NCBI GenBank assembly: GCA_963709635.1
Contig: CAVPXA010000002.1
Location: 6,858 to 70,857, forward strand
DNA: 64,000 bases
Direction: 5' to 3'
Source: an uncultured Thermoleophilia bacterium
Lineage (GTDB): Bacteria > Actinomycetota > Thermoleophilia > UBA2241
The notes under the pieces were generated by a model, which was not told the origin of the DNA, searched no databases, and saw nothing but the letters and a program-made list of their open reading frames with translations. The position numbers were made by a program, and so were the translations under genes. The first letter of the stretch is position 1, and each line of letters begins with the position of its first letter. Below, one piece after another: positions 31,851-42,844 of the stretch.

Positions 31851-32336
31851 CTAGGCGCCGCGGAAGGTCCTGACGGAGCGGCGTTCGGGGGCGCCGGCGG
31901 CGTGCGCCGCGGCGACGATGTCGCGGCGCAAGGGCCGGCGTGGCAGACGCACGAGGTGGCCGGCGCAGCGGCAGTCGCCGGCGCCGAAGCGGCGCGGCCG
32001 GCGCTCCGCGCCGGCGACCGCCGCCAGCGCGCCGGCGAGCTCGCACTCCCCCGCCGCGCCGTCGACCAGCCAGGCGCGCTCGGCGGGGAAGGCCGTGAAG
32101 AGGTAGTCGGCGTGCCAGCGCAGCGGCTTCTCGCGGGCGAGGTGGCGCGCCACACGCGCCTCGCGGGCGCGGAGCGCGCTCCCCACGTAGGCGTACCAGC
32201 CGCGCTCGAGGGTCACCGCGCCGAGCGAGCCGACGGCCAGCGTGGAGCGGCGCGGGACGCGCGTGAGGACCACGTACAGGCGGGTGACGACGGCGGCGCG
32301 CCGGCGGAAGTCCGGAGCGGGCGCCGGCGAGGTCAC
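31851..32336 (-). CDS. DUF123 / GIY-YIG-like nuclease superfamily protein
   Basis: Tail of ORF 31851..32510: LERGWYAYVGSALRAREARVARHL...LRWHADYL...GECELAGAL...FGAGDCRCAGHL. GTG 32336 overlaps the mutM stop (GTGA). Confidence 0.7.
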   Translation of the reverse strand: MTSPAPAPDFRRRAAVVTRLYVVLTRVPRRSTLAVGSLGAVTLERGWYAYVGSALRAREARVARHLAREKPLRWHADYLFTAFPAERAWLVDGAAGECELAGALAAVAGAERRPRRFGAGDCRCAGHLVRLPRRPLRRDIVAAAHAAGAPERRSVRTFRGA

Positions 32337-33334
32337 CGGTCCGGCGCCTCCCAGTCGGCCGGCTTGGCCGAGCGCGGCGGCAGGGTCGCTCCGCGGAGCC
32401 GGCGCGAGCCGGGCGCCATGCCGCCGCGGCGCGGCTGGCAGCGCGGGCAGTAGTGGGTGCCGCGGCCGCCGACGACGACCCGCTCCACGGTCGTCCCGCA
32501 GACGCGGCACGGCTCGCCCGTGCGCTGGTACACGCTCAGGATCTCCTGGAAGCTGCCGCGCTGCCCCGCGGGGTCGATGAAGCTCTCGATGCTCGACCCC
32601 TCGTGGTCGATGCCGGCCTGCAGGGTCTCGAGGACGGCCGCGTGCAGGCGCAGCGCCTCACGCGGCCCGACGCTCCCGGCCGCCCGCAGCGGGTGCAGGC
32701 GGGCGCGGAACAGCGCCTCGTCGGCGTAGATGTTGCCCACGCCGGCGATCCGCCGCTGGTCCATCAGGAACGCCTTGAGCGGCGCGCGTCTGTCCCGCAG
32801 CGCGCCGCGCAGGTACGCAGGCGTGAACTCGGGGCCGAACGGCTCGGGACCCATGCTCCGCGAGCCGAAGAACTCGTCCTCGGCCGCCGGCTCGAAGGCC
32901 CACAGGCGGCCGAACCGGCGCACGTCCTGGAAGAAGAGCGACGTCTCGGGCTCGAGGCGCCACACGAAGCGCGCCGGCCGCTCGCCCGGCTCCTGCCGGA
33001 ACACCAGCTGGCCGGTCATGCGCAGGTGGACGACGGCTACGGACGGGCCGCGGTAGCCGCCGGTGGCGGCCCGCAGCGGGTCGCCCGCCTCGCCGGGGCC
33101 GGCCGGCCCGCCGGCAGCGCGGCCGGCCCTTCCGCCGCCCCAAGGTCCACCAGCAGGTACTTGCCGCGGCGGCGCAAGCCCGTCACCCGGCGCCCCGCCA
33201 GAAAGCCGTTCAGCTCCTGCTCCGTCTGCGCGCTCACCGTCCAGTCGTTGACCACGACCTCGCGCGAGCAGCAGCCCCGGCAGGCACGTCAGCAGGCGCC
33301 GCCGGACGGTCTCGACCTCGGGGAGCTCAGGCAT
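32333..33334 (-). CDS. mutM: Formamidopyrimidine-DNA glycosylase (frame-disturbed N-terminal third as sequenced)
   Basis: MPELPEVETVRRRL starts at ATG 33334. The expected continuation EVVVNDWTVSAQTEQELNGFLAGRRVTGLRRRGKYLLVDLG lies in another frame (ORF 33037..33255). The original frame resumes at VAVVHLRMTGQL...DQRRIAGVGNIYADEALF...CRVCGTTVERVVVGGRGTHYCPRCQ. Confidence 0.85.
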   Translation of the reverse strand: MPELPEVETVRRRLLTCLPGLLLARGRGQRLDGERADGAGAERLSGGAPGDGLAPPRQVPAGGPWGGGRAGRAAGGPAGPGEAGDPLRAATGGYRGPSVAVVHLRMTGQLVFRQEPGERPARFVWRLEPETSLFFQDVRRFGRLWAFEPAAEDEFFGSRSMGPEPFGPEFTPAYLRGALRDRRAPLKAFLMDQRRIAGVGNIYADEALFRARLHPLRAAGSVGPREALRLHAAVLETLQAGIDHEGSSIESFIDPAGQRGSFQEILSVYQRTGEPCRVCGTTVERVVVGGRGTHYCPRCQPRRGGMAPGSRRLRGATLPPRSAKPADWEAPDR

Positions 33335-33378
33335 CGCGTGAGCCCGCGCGGGGGCCGGCGGCCGCGTCGTCGCCCGCC

Positions 33379-34825
33379 TCATCGTCGTCGGCCCGGTCTC
33401 CACCACTCCAGCAGGAACGCTCTCGCCGTCTCGGCGTCGGTCACTTCGCCCGCCTCGACCTCCTCCTCCAGCGCGTCCAGCGCCTGCCCGACAGCCGGTC
33501 CCGGCTCGATGCCGAGCAGCACCATCACGTCGTCGCCGCCGAGCAGCTTGCGGCGCCGGCGCCTTGCTCACGCCGGTCCAGACCGTGCGCGCCAGGCGGT
33601 AGTGCCGCGCCATGGAGGTCAGCGAGGTCTTCTCCCCGCGCGTCGCCAGCCGGTCGCAGAGCGAGACGACCACCGACTCGAACACCCACGGGTCCACGTC
33701 GCGCCGGTACCGGGCCAGGGCCCGGCGCGTCAGCGGCTGCTCGCGCGTCAGGAACCCGAGACGGAGGTGCTGCCGGACGAGGGTGCCCACGTACTCCACG
33801 AAGCGGTTGCTGAAGTTCAGCCGCCGGCCGATGTCGGCGGCCATCTGGCGGCCGGTCTCGTCGTGGTGCCAGAAGATCACCCGGCCCTGGTCGTCCACCA
33901 CCCGGACCACGGGCTTGCCGATGTCGTGCAGGAGGACGGCCCAGGCGACCGGGACCAGGGGCTCGACCCCGGGCATGCCCGCCTCCGCCGGGGTCGCAAG
34001 GAACCTGCGCCCGCCGAGCTGCGCGACCACGCCGACGACGTAGGTGAGCGCCTCGAGCGTGTGCTCGAACACGTCGAGGTGGTGGTACGGGTTCTGCTCG
34101 ACGCCGCGCAGGCGGTCGACCTCGGGGAGGATGACCGCCAGCGCGCCCCACACGGCGAGGTCGCGGAGGGCGAACGGCGCGCCGCGCGTGGCGAGCAGCG
34201 CGCAGAGCTCGTCGCGGACGCGCTCGCCGCTCACACGCGCGAGGCCGGGCGCGGCGCGGAAGGCGGCCTCCGTGGCCGCGGCGTCCGGCACCAGGTCGAA
34301 CACGCGCGCCAGGCGCGCCAGGCGCAGCACGCGCAGCGGGTCGTCGTCGAGCGACACCGGCGAGCACAGGCGCAGACGGCCGGCGGCGAGGTCGGAGAGC
34401 CCGCTGAGCGGGTCGACGATGTCGTCGCCGTCCAGCGGGCGTGCGAGCGCGTCCACGGTGACGTCGCGCGCTCGCAGGTCGGCCTCCAGGCGGACGGCGC
34501 GCGTGGCCGGGTCCGGCGGGTCGCCCGCCGGCCCCGCGCGCAGCGCGGCGACGTCGATGTGCAGCTCGCCGATCACGACCCGCCAGGTACCGAAGACGTC
34601 GGACGTGGAGTAGACGCCGCCGCCGAAGCGGTCGCCGAGCGCCCGCGCCAGCGGCTCCGGCCGCCCGTCGACGGCGATGTCGACGTCGCGGACGCGGCGC
34701 CCGAGCAGCTCGTCGCGCAGGCAGCCGCCGACGAGCCAGCCGGCCTCTCCGGGCGCGAGCGCCGTCAGCGCCGCCCGGGTGATCTCGTCGGAGGTCGGTG
34801 GCGTGACGAGGTACCGGGCGTTCAT
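33379..34825 (-). CDS. cca: CCA-adding enzyme / poly(A) polymerase family tRNA nucleotidyltransferase with HD domain (frameshifted as sequenced)
   Basis: MNARYLV...[20 protein letters not shown]...LLHDIGKP...WHHDETG lies in ORF 32333..35434. After ...KAPAP (near 33550-33553) the real C-terminus [36 protein letters not shown]...[14 protein letters not shown] is in the +1 frame. Length is 3n+1. Confidence 0.85.
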
Positions 34826-34830
34826 CGCGC

Positions 34831-36011
34831 TCAGGCCGAGGGCGAGACGCCGCGGTAGATGCGCACCACCCGCGGCGCCACGTCGCAGGCGACCTCGTAA
34901 TTGATGGTCCCGAGCATGCGCGCCATCTCCTCGCAGAGGATGCGCGGCGTCTCCGGCGCGTCGAGACGGGGGCCCTCGGGAGCGCTCCAGGCGACGGTGG
35001 ACCCGCCGGCCACGCCGTCCCCGGCGGGTCCGAAGAACACCACCTCGTCGCCGGCCACGCCCCAGTCGTCCGGCAGCTTGACCGTCATCTGGTCCATGCT
35101 GATGCGGCCGATGATGGGGCAGCGCCGGCCGGCCACGAGCACCTCCGCGCGGTTGCCCAGCGCGCGCCGCACGCCGTCGGCGTAGCCGACCGGCACGATG
35201 CCCACGCGCGTCAGCTCCACGCAGAAGTAGGTGCGTCCGTAGCCGATGGAGTCGCCCGGCACCATCTCGCGAACGCCGGCGATGTACGACATGAGCTTCA
35301 TCGCCGGCCGCAGGCCGTCCCTGAAGGGGTCGTCGTTGGCCGGCGCCAGACCGTACAGGGCGATGCCGGTACGGACCATGTCGAAGTGGGCGCGCGGCCC
35401 GCGCAGCGTCGCCGCGCTGTTCGCCGTGTGGCACATGAGAGCCCGGGTACTTCTCCTTGAGCTCCTCGGCCAGCGTCTTGAAGCGGCTGCAGCTGCAGCT
35501 CGAAGAAGTTGGTCTCGGCCTCGTCGGCCGTGGCGAAGTGGCTCATCAGGCCGTGCAGCACGCCGCCGGCATGGGCCCGCTCGCACAGCTCGCGGGCCTC
35601 GTGCGCCATCACGCCGAGGCGGCCCATGCCGGTGTCGTACTTGACGTGCACCGGCACGCCGAGCCGGATCGCCTCGTCGATGAACTCGGGCGACCAGGCG
35701 ACGACCTCGGCGCACGCCCGCGCGGCCCGCTCCAGCCCTGAGCCGGTGAGCGGCCCGAAGATCAGGATCGGCGCCTCCAGCCCCGCCTCGCGCAGCTCCT
35801 CGGCCTCCGGCGCCGTGGCCACGCCGAGCCAGGTGGAGCCGGCCTCCAGCGCCGCCCGCGCCGCGGGCACGGCGCCGTGCCCGTAGCCGGCGGCCTTGAC
35901 GACGGCGCAGTGCACGGCGCCCTCGGGCAGGTCTCGCATCAACCTCCGGACGTTGTGACGGATCGCCTCGAGGTCGACCTCTGCGATCGCCCGGTGTCGT
36001 CCTGCCAGCAC
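34831..36011 (-). CDS. alr: Alanine racemase (two frame shifts as sequenced)
   Basis: ORF 35298..36011 (AEVDLEAIRHNV...AVVKAAGYGHG...) joins ORF 34831..35715 (HTANSAATLR...FDMVRTGIALYG...GYGRTY...VPVGYADG) via RFKTLAEELKEKYPGSHV in a third frame. Breaks are near 35485-35489 and 35430-35433. Length is 3n+2. Confidence 0.88.
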
Positions 36012-36500
36012 TCAGACCCCCAGGATCTTCATGATGTCGTGCCGGGTGACGATGCCCACGACGACGCCGTCGTCGTCCACCACCGGCACGCGGTCGAACC
36101 GGTGCTTGCTCATGAGCGTGGCGGCCATGCGCGCCGGGTCGTCGGGCCCGATCGTCTTCACCTTGTCGCCGTCGGTCATGAGCTGCTCGACGTTGGCCGC
36201 CGCGGCCTTCTCCACGCGCTCCCTGAACTTCTTCTCGCTCTCCAGGTAGATGATGCTGTCGAAGATCTCGAAGTAGTGCGGCAGGGCGATGTCGGCGTCC
36301 ATCGCCATGAGGTCGCCCTCGGTGACGACGCCCACGAGCCGGCCGTCGTCGTCCACGACCGGCGCGCCCCCGATGCGCTGGTCGCGGAACAGCGCCACGA
36401 GGTCCTTGACCGCCAGGTCGGGCTTCACGGTGATGACCGGCGCGGTCATGATGTCGCGGGCCAGCGGCTCGCCCGGCACCGGATCAGTGGTGGTGCTCAT
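36012..36500 (-). CDS. CBS-domain pair protein
   Basis: ORF 36012..36695 trimmed to MSTTTDPV (GGAGGAG RBS). It has two CBS repeats (DIMTAPVITV...GGAPVVDDDGRLVGVVTEGDL; ...RVPVVDDDGVVVGIVTRHDI). Confidence 0.85.
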   Translation of the reverse strand: MSTTTDPVPGEPLARDIMTAPVITVKPDLAVKDLVALFRDQRIGGAPVVDDDGRLVGVVTEGDLMAMDADIALPHYFEIFDSIIYLESEKKFRERVEKAAAANVEQLMTDGDKVKTIGPDDPARMAATLMSKHRFDRVPVVDDDGVVVGIVTRHDIMKILGV

Positions 36501-38067
36501 CGCTCTCCTCCTGTGGACCGGCCTTGAGCCGCTCCACGGCGGCGGGCAGGTAGTGGAACAGGTCACTCGCGACCATCGCCTCGGTACCGACGGCCTCCTC
36601 GGACGCCAGATCGGCCGCGAGGCCGTGCAGGTACGCTCCGAGGCAGGCGGCCTCGGTGGCCGGCAGGCCCTTCGCGAGTTGCGCGGTGATGACACCGCTC
36701 AGCACGTCGCCCGTGCCGGGCGTGGCGAGGCCGGGGTTGCCGACCGGGACGACGTAGGCCACCCCGGATGGATCGGCGACGATGGTCGCCTCGCCCTTGA
36801 GGACGACGGTCGCGTTGGCGCGGTGCGCGGCCGAGACGGCGCACTCCAGCCGCTGGGCCGCCACCTCGTCGGCCGGACGGCCGATCAGGCGGCCCAGCTC
36901 GCCCTCGTGCGGCGTGATGACCGTGGGCGCGGTGCGCTCGGCGAGCAGCTCCAGCTTCTGGCCGAGCGCGTACAGCCCGTCGGCGTCCAGCAGCAGCGGG
37001 ACGTCGATGCCGAGCAGCTCCCGCACGAGCGCCTGGGCGCCGTCGGTGCGGCCGAACCCGGGCCCCACGGCGGCCGCCTTGAGCTGCTCTGCCTGCTCGA
37101 AGAGCGCGGACCGGGCGGCCATGCCGAACTGGCCGTCCTCGCCCGGCACCGTGACGGTGATCACCTCGGCGTACGGCTTCTGCTCGCCGGCGCCGTCGGG
37201 CAGCGCGACGTGCACGAGGCCGGCGCCGCCCCTGAGGGCCGCGAACGCGGCCATGTGGGCGGCGCCCTCCATGCCCCTGGACCCGCCGGCGACGAGGACC
37301 GTCCCGACAGACCGCTTGTGGTCGAGCGACCCCTTGGGCACGACCAGCTCGCCCATCGCCTCGTCGGTCAGCAGCCACACCTTGGGATCCTGGTCGCACA
37401 GCGCCGGGATGCCGATCGGCGCCACGACGACCTCACCCGAGAAGGCGCCGCCGGGGGTGACGAAGTGGCCGACCTTGGCCGCGTGCAGCGTCACGGTGAC
37501 GTCGGCGATCACGGCCGGGCCGTGGATCGAGCCGTTACTCGCGCCGACGCCGCTCATGATGTCGATGCTCACCACAGCGCCGGGCGCCTCGTTGATCAGC
37601 TGGATGACCGCCGCGGCCGGCCCCTTGGCGGCGCCGGTGAAGCCGGTGCCGAAGATCGCGTCGACCACGACGTCGGCCATCTCGGTGAGCACCACGGTGT
37701 CCTCTTCCAGCGCCCCGCCCGAGTCCGTCGCGGGGCGCACATCCACGCCGAGGCGCCCGAGGATCTCGAGGTTGAGCCTGGCGTCGCCCCGGTACTCCTC
37801 GGGCGCCGCCAGCACGAACACGGTGACCTCCACGCCCTGGTCGAAGAGCTCGCGCGCCACCACGAACCCGTCCCCGCCGTTGTTGCCCTTGCCGGCGAAC
37901 ACCACGGCCTCCTCGGGCTCGTAGCGCTCGAGGATCTCGGCGGCCACGGCCATCCCGGCGCGCTCCATGAGGTGCCCGCCGGGGATGCCGATGCCCTCGA
38001 TCGCCAGGCCGTCGACCTTCTGCATGCCGTCGGCGCTGTACAGGGCCAGCAGCAGGGACTCATCCAT
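36484..38067 (-). CDS. nnr: Bifunctional NAD(P)H-hydrate repair enzyme (epimerase/dehydratase)
   Basis: ORF trimmed to MDESLL. The YjeF-N half carries FAGKGNNGGDGFVVAR. The carbohydrate-kinase half carries KRSVGTVLVAGGS...DADGL...TPHEGE...GNPGLATPGTGDVLSG. Confidence 0.9.
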   Translation of the reverse strand: MDESLLLALYSADGMQKVDGLAIEGIGIPGGHLMERAGMAVAAEILERYEPEEAVVFAGKGNNGGDGFVVARELFDQGVEVTVFVLAAPEEYRGDARLNLEILGRLGVDVRPATDSGGALEEDTVVLTEMADVVVDAIFGTGFTGAAKGPAAAVIQLINEAPGAVVSIDIMSGVGASNGSIHGPAVIADVTVTLHAAKVGHFVTPGGAFSGEVVVAPIGIPALCDQDPKVWLLTDEAMGELVVPKGSLDHKRSVGTVLVAGGSRGMEGAAHMAAFAALRGGAGLVHVALPDGAGEQKPYAEVITVTVPGEDGQFGMAARSALFEQAEQLKAAAVGPGFGRTDGAQALVRELLGIDVPLLLDADGLYALGQKLELLAERTAPTVITPHEGELGRLIGRPADEVAAQRLECAVSAAHRANATVVLKGEATIVADPSGVAYVVPVGNPGLATPGTGDVLSGVITAQLAKGLPATEAACLGAYLHGLAADLASEEAVGTEAMVASDLFHYLPAAVERLKAGPQEESDEHHH

Positions 38068-38479
38068 GCGCGTCCTCCTTGAGTGCGGCGGCGATGGCGT
38101 AGGCCAGACCACCGGTGTGGCTGAGCGAGACCTCGACCCGCGTCACGCCAAGGCGCCGCGCGATGTCGGCGACGCCCCCGTGCAGCGCGATGAACGGTTT
38201 TCCCCCCGAGAGTACCTCGATGTCGCGCCAGACGAACCCGATGATACCGATTCCCAGCGCCTTGCCGACCGCCTCCTTGGCGGCGAAGCGGGCGGCGTAG
38301 CGCAGCCAGGGATCGGAGAAACCGTCGCAGTACGCGCGCTCCTGCTCGCTGAAGAGCCGCTCGTAGGCGCGCGGCAGCCGCTCGAGCAGCCTGCGGATGC
38401 GCGCGGCCTCGGTGACGTCGATACCGAGGCCGAACAGCATCCCGGCGGGCGGGATCTGCGGGAAGCTCAGCTCACTCAT
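38060..38479 (-). CDS. acpS: Holo-[acyl-carrier-protein] synthase
   Basis: 139 aa with GLGIDVTEAARI, FAAKEAVGKALG and VSLSHTGGLAYA. Confidence 0.88.
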   Translation of the reverse strand: MSELSFPQIPPAGMLFGLGIDVTEAARIRRLLERLPRAYERLFSEQERAYCDGFSDPWLRYAARFAAKEAVGKALGIGIIGFVWRDIEVLSGGKPFIALHGGVADIARRLGVTRVEVSLSHTGGLAYAIAAALKEDAHG

Positions 38480-38528
38480 GCAGGCATTCTATCCGCCTTG
38501 CAGCTCGCGCTCCCCCGCCGCTCGGCGG

Positions 38529-40358
<1,830 letters not shown>

Positions 40359-40404
40359 GCGTGCTCCCTTCGGTGGGTCAGGGCGCAGATGGGCAGGCTG
40401 CGGA

Positions 40405-40575
40405 CAGGCACCCTCGAGTCGCTTTGTCTCCGCCGTTACCAGCGGGGTTTGTCGACTCGATGACGACCGTGCCGGGCCGGGAGGCATCCGCCGAGTCTTT
40501 CGATGAACCTCCACCTCGTCACCCGCGCGGAGCCGCTCCCCCCGGGGGAGCCCGCCGCGCGGGCCAGGCGCTCAG
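40405..40575 (-). ncRNA. glmS ribozyme (GlcN6P-dependent self-cleaving riboswitch)
   Basis: The minus strand reads AGCGCCUGG...GACGAGGUGGAGGUUCAUCGAAAGACUCGGCGGAUGCCUCCCGGCC...GACAAACCCCGCUGGUAACGGCGGAGACAAAG. It matches the conserved core GACGAGG-GGAGGUU-AUCGAA...CGGCGGAUGCCUCCCGGC and the A|GCGCC cleavage-site context. It lies in the glmS 5' leader, with a TACAAT -10 box at 40620-40625. Confidence 0.85.
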
Positions 40576-40656
40576 TTGCTGACAGGTGTCCGCACCACCG
40601 GTCTGCTATGTCGGGGCGTATTGTACCCCGCCCGGCCGCTGCGCGTTCGCCGTCGG

Positions 40657-41103
40657 CTACGCGCGCTCGATGACCGCCGTGACGTCGAACTCCACGAGGA
40701 ACTCGGGGCGGGCGAGGATCGCCGGCTGCACGTAGGTGCTGGCCGGCGGCTCCGAGACGAGGCGCGGCGCGTACTCCTGGTAGTACTTGAGCTCGGCGGC
40801 GCGCATCTGCTGGTAGTACTCGAGGTCCTTGAGCAGGATGATGGTCTTCACGATGTTCTCCATCGAGCTGCCCATCTCCTCGAGCACGGCGCGCACCTTG
40901 TCGAGGCAGGCGAAGACCTGGGCCTCGACCCCGACCGTCAGGCACGATCCGTCTTCGGTGCTCTGCGGCGTCATGCCCGAGAGGAAGGCGATGTTGCCCA
41001 CCACGATGCCCGCCGCGTACTTGGGCGTGCCCGGATGCACGTTGGGATACGTCTGCTCGACTCCACCGATCTTGAACGGGTAGTACTTGACCTCATCACT
41101 CAC
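40657..41103 (-). CDS. RidA/YjgF/endoribonuclease L-PSP family protein
   Basis: 148-aa ORF (GTG start after GGAGGGGA) with IAFLSGMTP, VFACLDKVRAVLEEMGSSMENIVKTIILL and VEFDVTA. Confidence 0.75.
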   Translation of the reverse strand: MSDEVKYYPFKIGGVEQTYPNVHPGTPKYAAGIVVGNIAFLSGMTPQSTEDGSCLTVGVEAQVFACLDKVRAVLEEMGSSMENIVKTIILLKDLEYYQQMRAAELKYYQEYAPRLVSEPPASTYVQPAILARPEFLVEFDVTAVIERA

Positions 41104-41118
41104 GGGCGATCCCCTCCG

Positions 41119-42456
41119 TCAGGCCAGATGCTCCTCCACGACCGCCACGATGCGGTCGCAGGCTGTGTCCACGTCGTCCTGCGTGGGCGCCTCGGCCATC
41201 ACGCGCACGAGCGGTTCGGTGCCGGACGGCCGCACGAGCACGCGGCCGGTGCCGTCCAGGCGGCGGGTCTCCTGCTCCACCGCCGCCCACACCGCGGCCG
41301 CGCCGTCCAGCTCGCCCAGGTCGCGCACGCGCACGTTGACGAGCTTCTGCGGCAGCCGCTCCATCACCGTCGCCGCCTCGGCCAGCGGCACGTCCATCTG
41401 TCGCAGCGCCTGCAGCAGCAGAAGCGACGTGGCGAGGCCGTCGCCGGTGGTGCTCACGTCACGGTTGATGATGTGGCCGGACTGCTCGCCGCCGAGCAGG
41501 TAGTCGCCCCTGAGCATCTCCGCCACCACGTAGCGGTCGCCGACCGCGGTGACGATCGCCTGGATGCCCTCTCGCTCCATGGCGAGATGGAAGCCCAGGT
41601 TGGTCATGACCGTGGTCACCACGGTATCGGCGCGGAGCTTGCCCTGGGCCTTCAGGTGCTTCGCGAGGATCGCGATGATGAAGTCGCCGTCGACGAGGTT
41701 GCCGGCGGCGTCGACGGCGAGCACGCGGTCGCCGTCGCCGTCGAAGGCGAGGCCGAGGTCGAAGCCGTCGTCGGCCACGACCTTCTGCAGCGCGGCCATG
41801 TGCGTGCTGCCGCAGCCCGCGTTGATGTTGGTGCCGTCGGGCCGGTCGAACAGCACCTCGACCTGCGCGCCCGACTCCTCGAGCGCCAGCGGCGCCGCCA
41901 GGTGCATGGCGCCGTTGGCACAGTCGATGGCGATCTTGATCCCGCTGAGGTCCAGCGGGATGCGCTTGACGACGTCCCAGACGTAGCCCTCGACGGCCCC
42001 CTCGAGCTGCTCGGCGCTGCCGAAGTCGGCGCCGGCGAGCGAGCTGAGGTCGTGGTGCTCGATGTGCGCCTCGATCTCGGCCTCCTCCTCGTCGCTCAGC
42101 TTGGTGCCGGCGCTCGAGAAGAACTTGATGCCGTTGTCGGCGAAGGGGTTGTGCGAGGCGCTGATGACGACGCCGGCGTCCGCGCCGCGCTGGTGCACCA
42201 GCGCGGCGAGCCCCGGCGTCGGGATCACGCCGGCGACCTCCACACGCGCGCCGCCGCTGGTGAGGCCGGCGGTGAGCGCCGCCTCGAGCATGGGGCCGCT
42301 GAGGCGCGTGTCGCGGCCGATGACGAACAGCGGATGCGGGCCGGCCTTCTGCGCGAGCACGACGGCCGCGGCGCGGCCCACCTGCACGGCGAACTCGGGC
42401 GTCAGCAGATCGCCGGCGACCCCACGGATGCCGTCCGTGCCGAAGTACTCACCCAT
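41119..42456 (-). CDS. glmM: Phosphoglucosamine mutase
   Basis: 445 aa with MGEYFGTDGIRG, the active-site block ISASHNPFADNGIKFF, FDGDGDR and GGEQSGH. Confidence 0.97.
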   Translation of the reverse strand: MGEYFGTDGIRGVAGDLLTPEFAVQVGRAAAVVLAQKAGPHPLFVIGRDTRLSGPMLEAALTAGLTSGGARVEVAGVIPTPGLAALVHQRGADAGVVISASHNPFADNGIKFFSSAGTKLSDEEEAEIEAHIEHHDLSSLAGADFGSAEQLEGAVEGYVWDVVKRIPLDLSGIKIAIDCANGAMHLAAPLALEESGAQVEVLFDRPDGTNINAGCGSTHMAALQKVVADDGFDLGLAFDGDGDRVLAVDAAGNLVDGDFIIAILAKHLKAQGKLRADTVVTTVMTNLGFHLAMEREGIQAIVTAVGDRYVVAEMLRGDYLLGGEQSGHIINRDVSTTGDGLATSLLLLQALRQMDVPLAEAATVMERLPQKLVNVRVRDLGELDGAAAVWAAVEQETRRLDGTGRVLVRPSGTEPLVRVMAEAPTQDDVDTACDRIVAVVEEHLA

Positions 42457-42745
42457 CAGCGACCTCAGCCCTCTGCCGGACTTCGTCCCAACTGCCGAGA
42501 CTGAGTCTCACGCCGAGCGCCTTCGCCATCAGCCAGACGGCCGCCACGGCGACGACGACCAGCACGGGGAAGAACACGATCTGCGGCCACTCGTCGGCGT
42601 TGAGCAACCGGATGATGAGGATCATGGCGACCGGCGCCGCCAGGACGATCGCGATCTTCTTCCACGCCGGAGCGGAGTTGCGCCGGTAACCGGGCGAAGT
42701 GCTGGAACGGGCCATCGAGGACTCCTCGGATTCGACTCGCGCCAT
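42449..42745 (-). CDS. Small membrane protein upstream of glmM
   Basis: 98-aa ORF with two hydrophobic spans (KKIAIVLAAPVAMILIIRLL; IVFFPVLVVVAVAAVWLMA). It overlaps the glmM start by 8 nt. Confidence 0.45.
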   Translation of the reverse strand: MARVESEESSMARSSTSPGYRRNSAPAWKKIAIVLAAPVAMILIIRLLNADEWPQIVFFPVLVVVAVAAVWLMAKALGVRLSLGSWDEVRQRAEVADG

Positions 42746-42844
42746 GGTAGCACCCGCGGAGCCGGCCCGCCGCCCTCACGCGCGCTTGCTGACGTCCACT
42801 CCCTTGAGGATCTTCAGGTTGAGTCCTGGCGCGACAGGCAACCC

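Noticed and set aside
32333-35434. 1033-aa ORF that would be a giant multidomain protein.
   Set aside because: It is a chimera. It concatenates out-of-frame alr sequence, the CCA-adding enzyme and Fpg, because a frame break near 33550 removes the cca stop (the real C-terminus and a TGA at 33379 are in the +1 frame).
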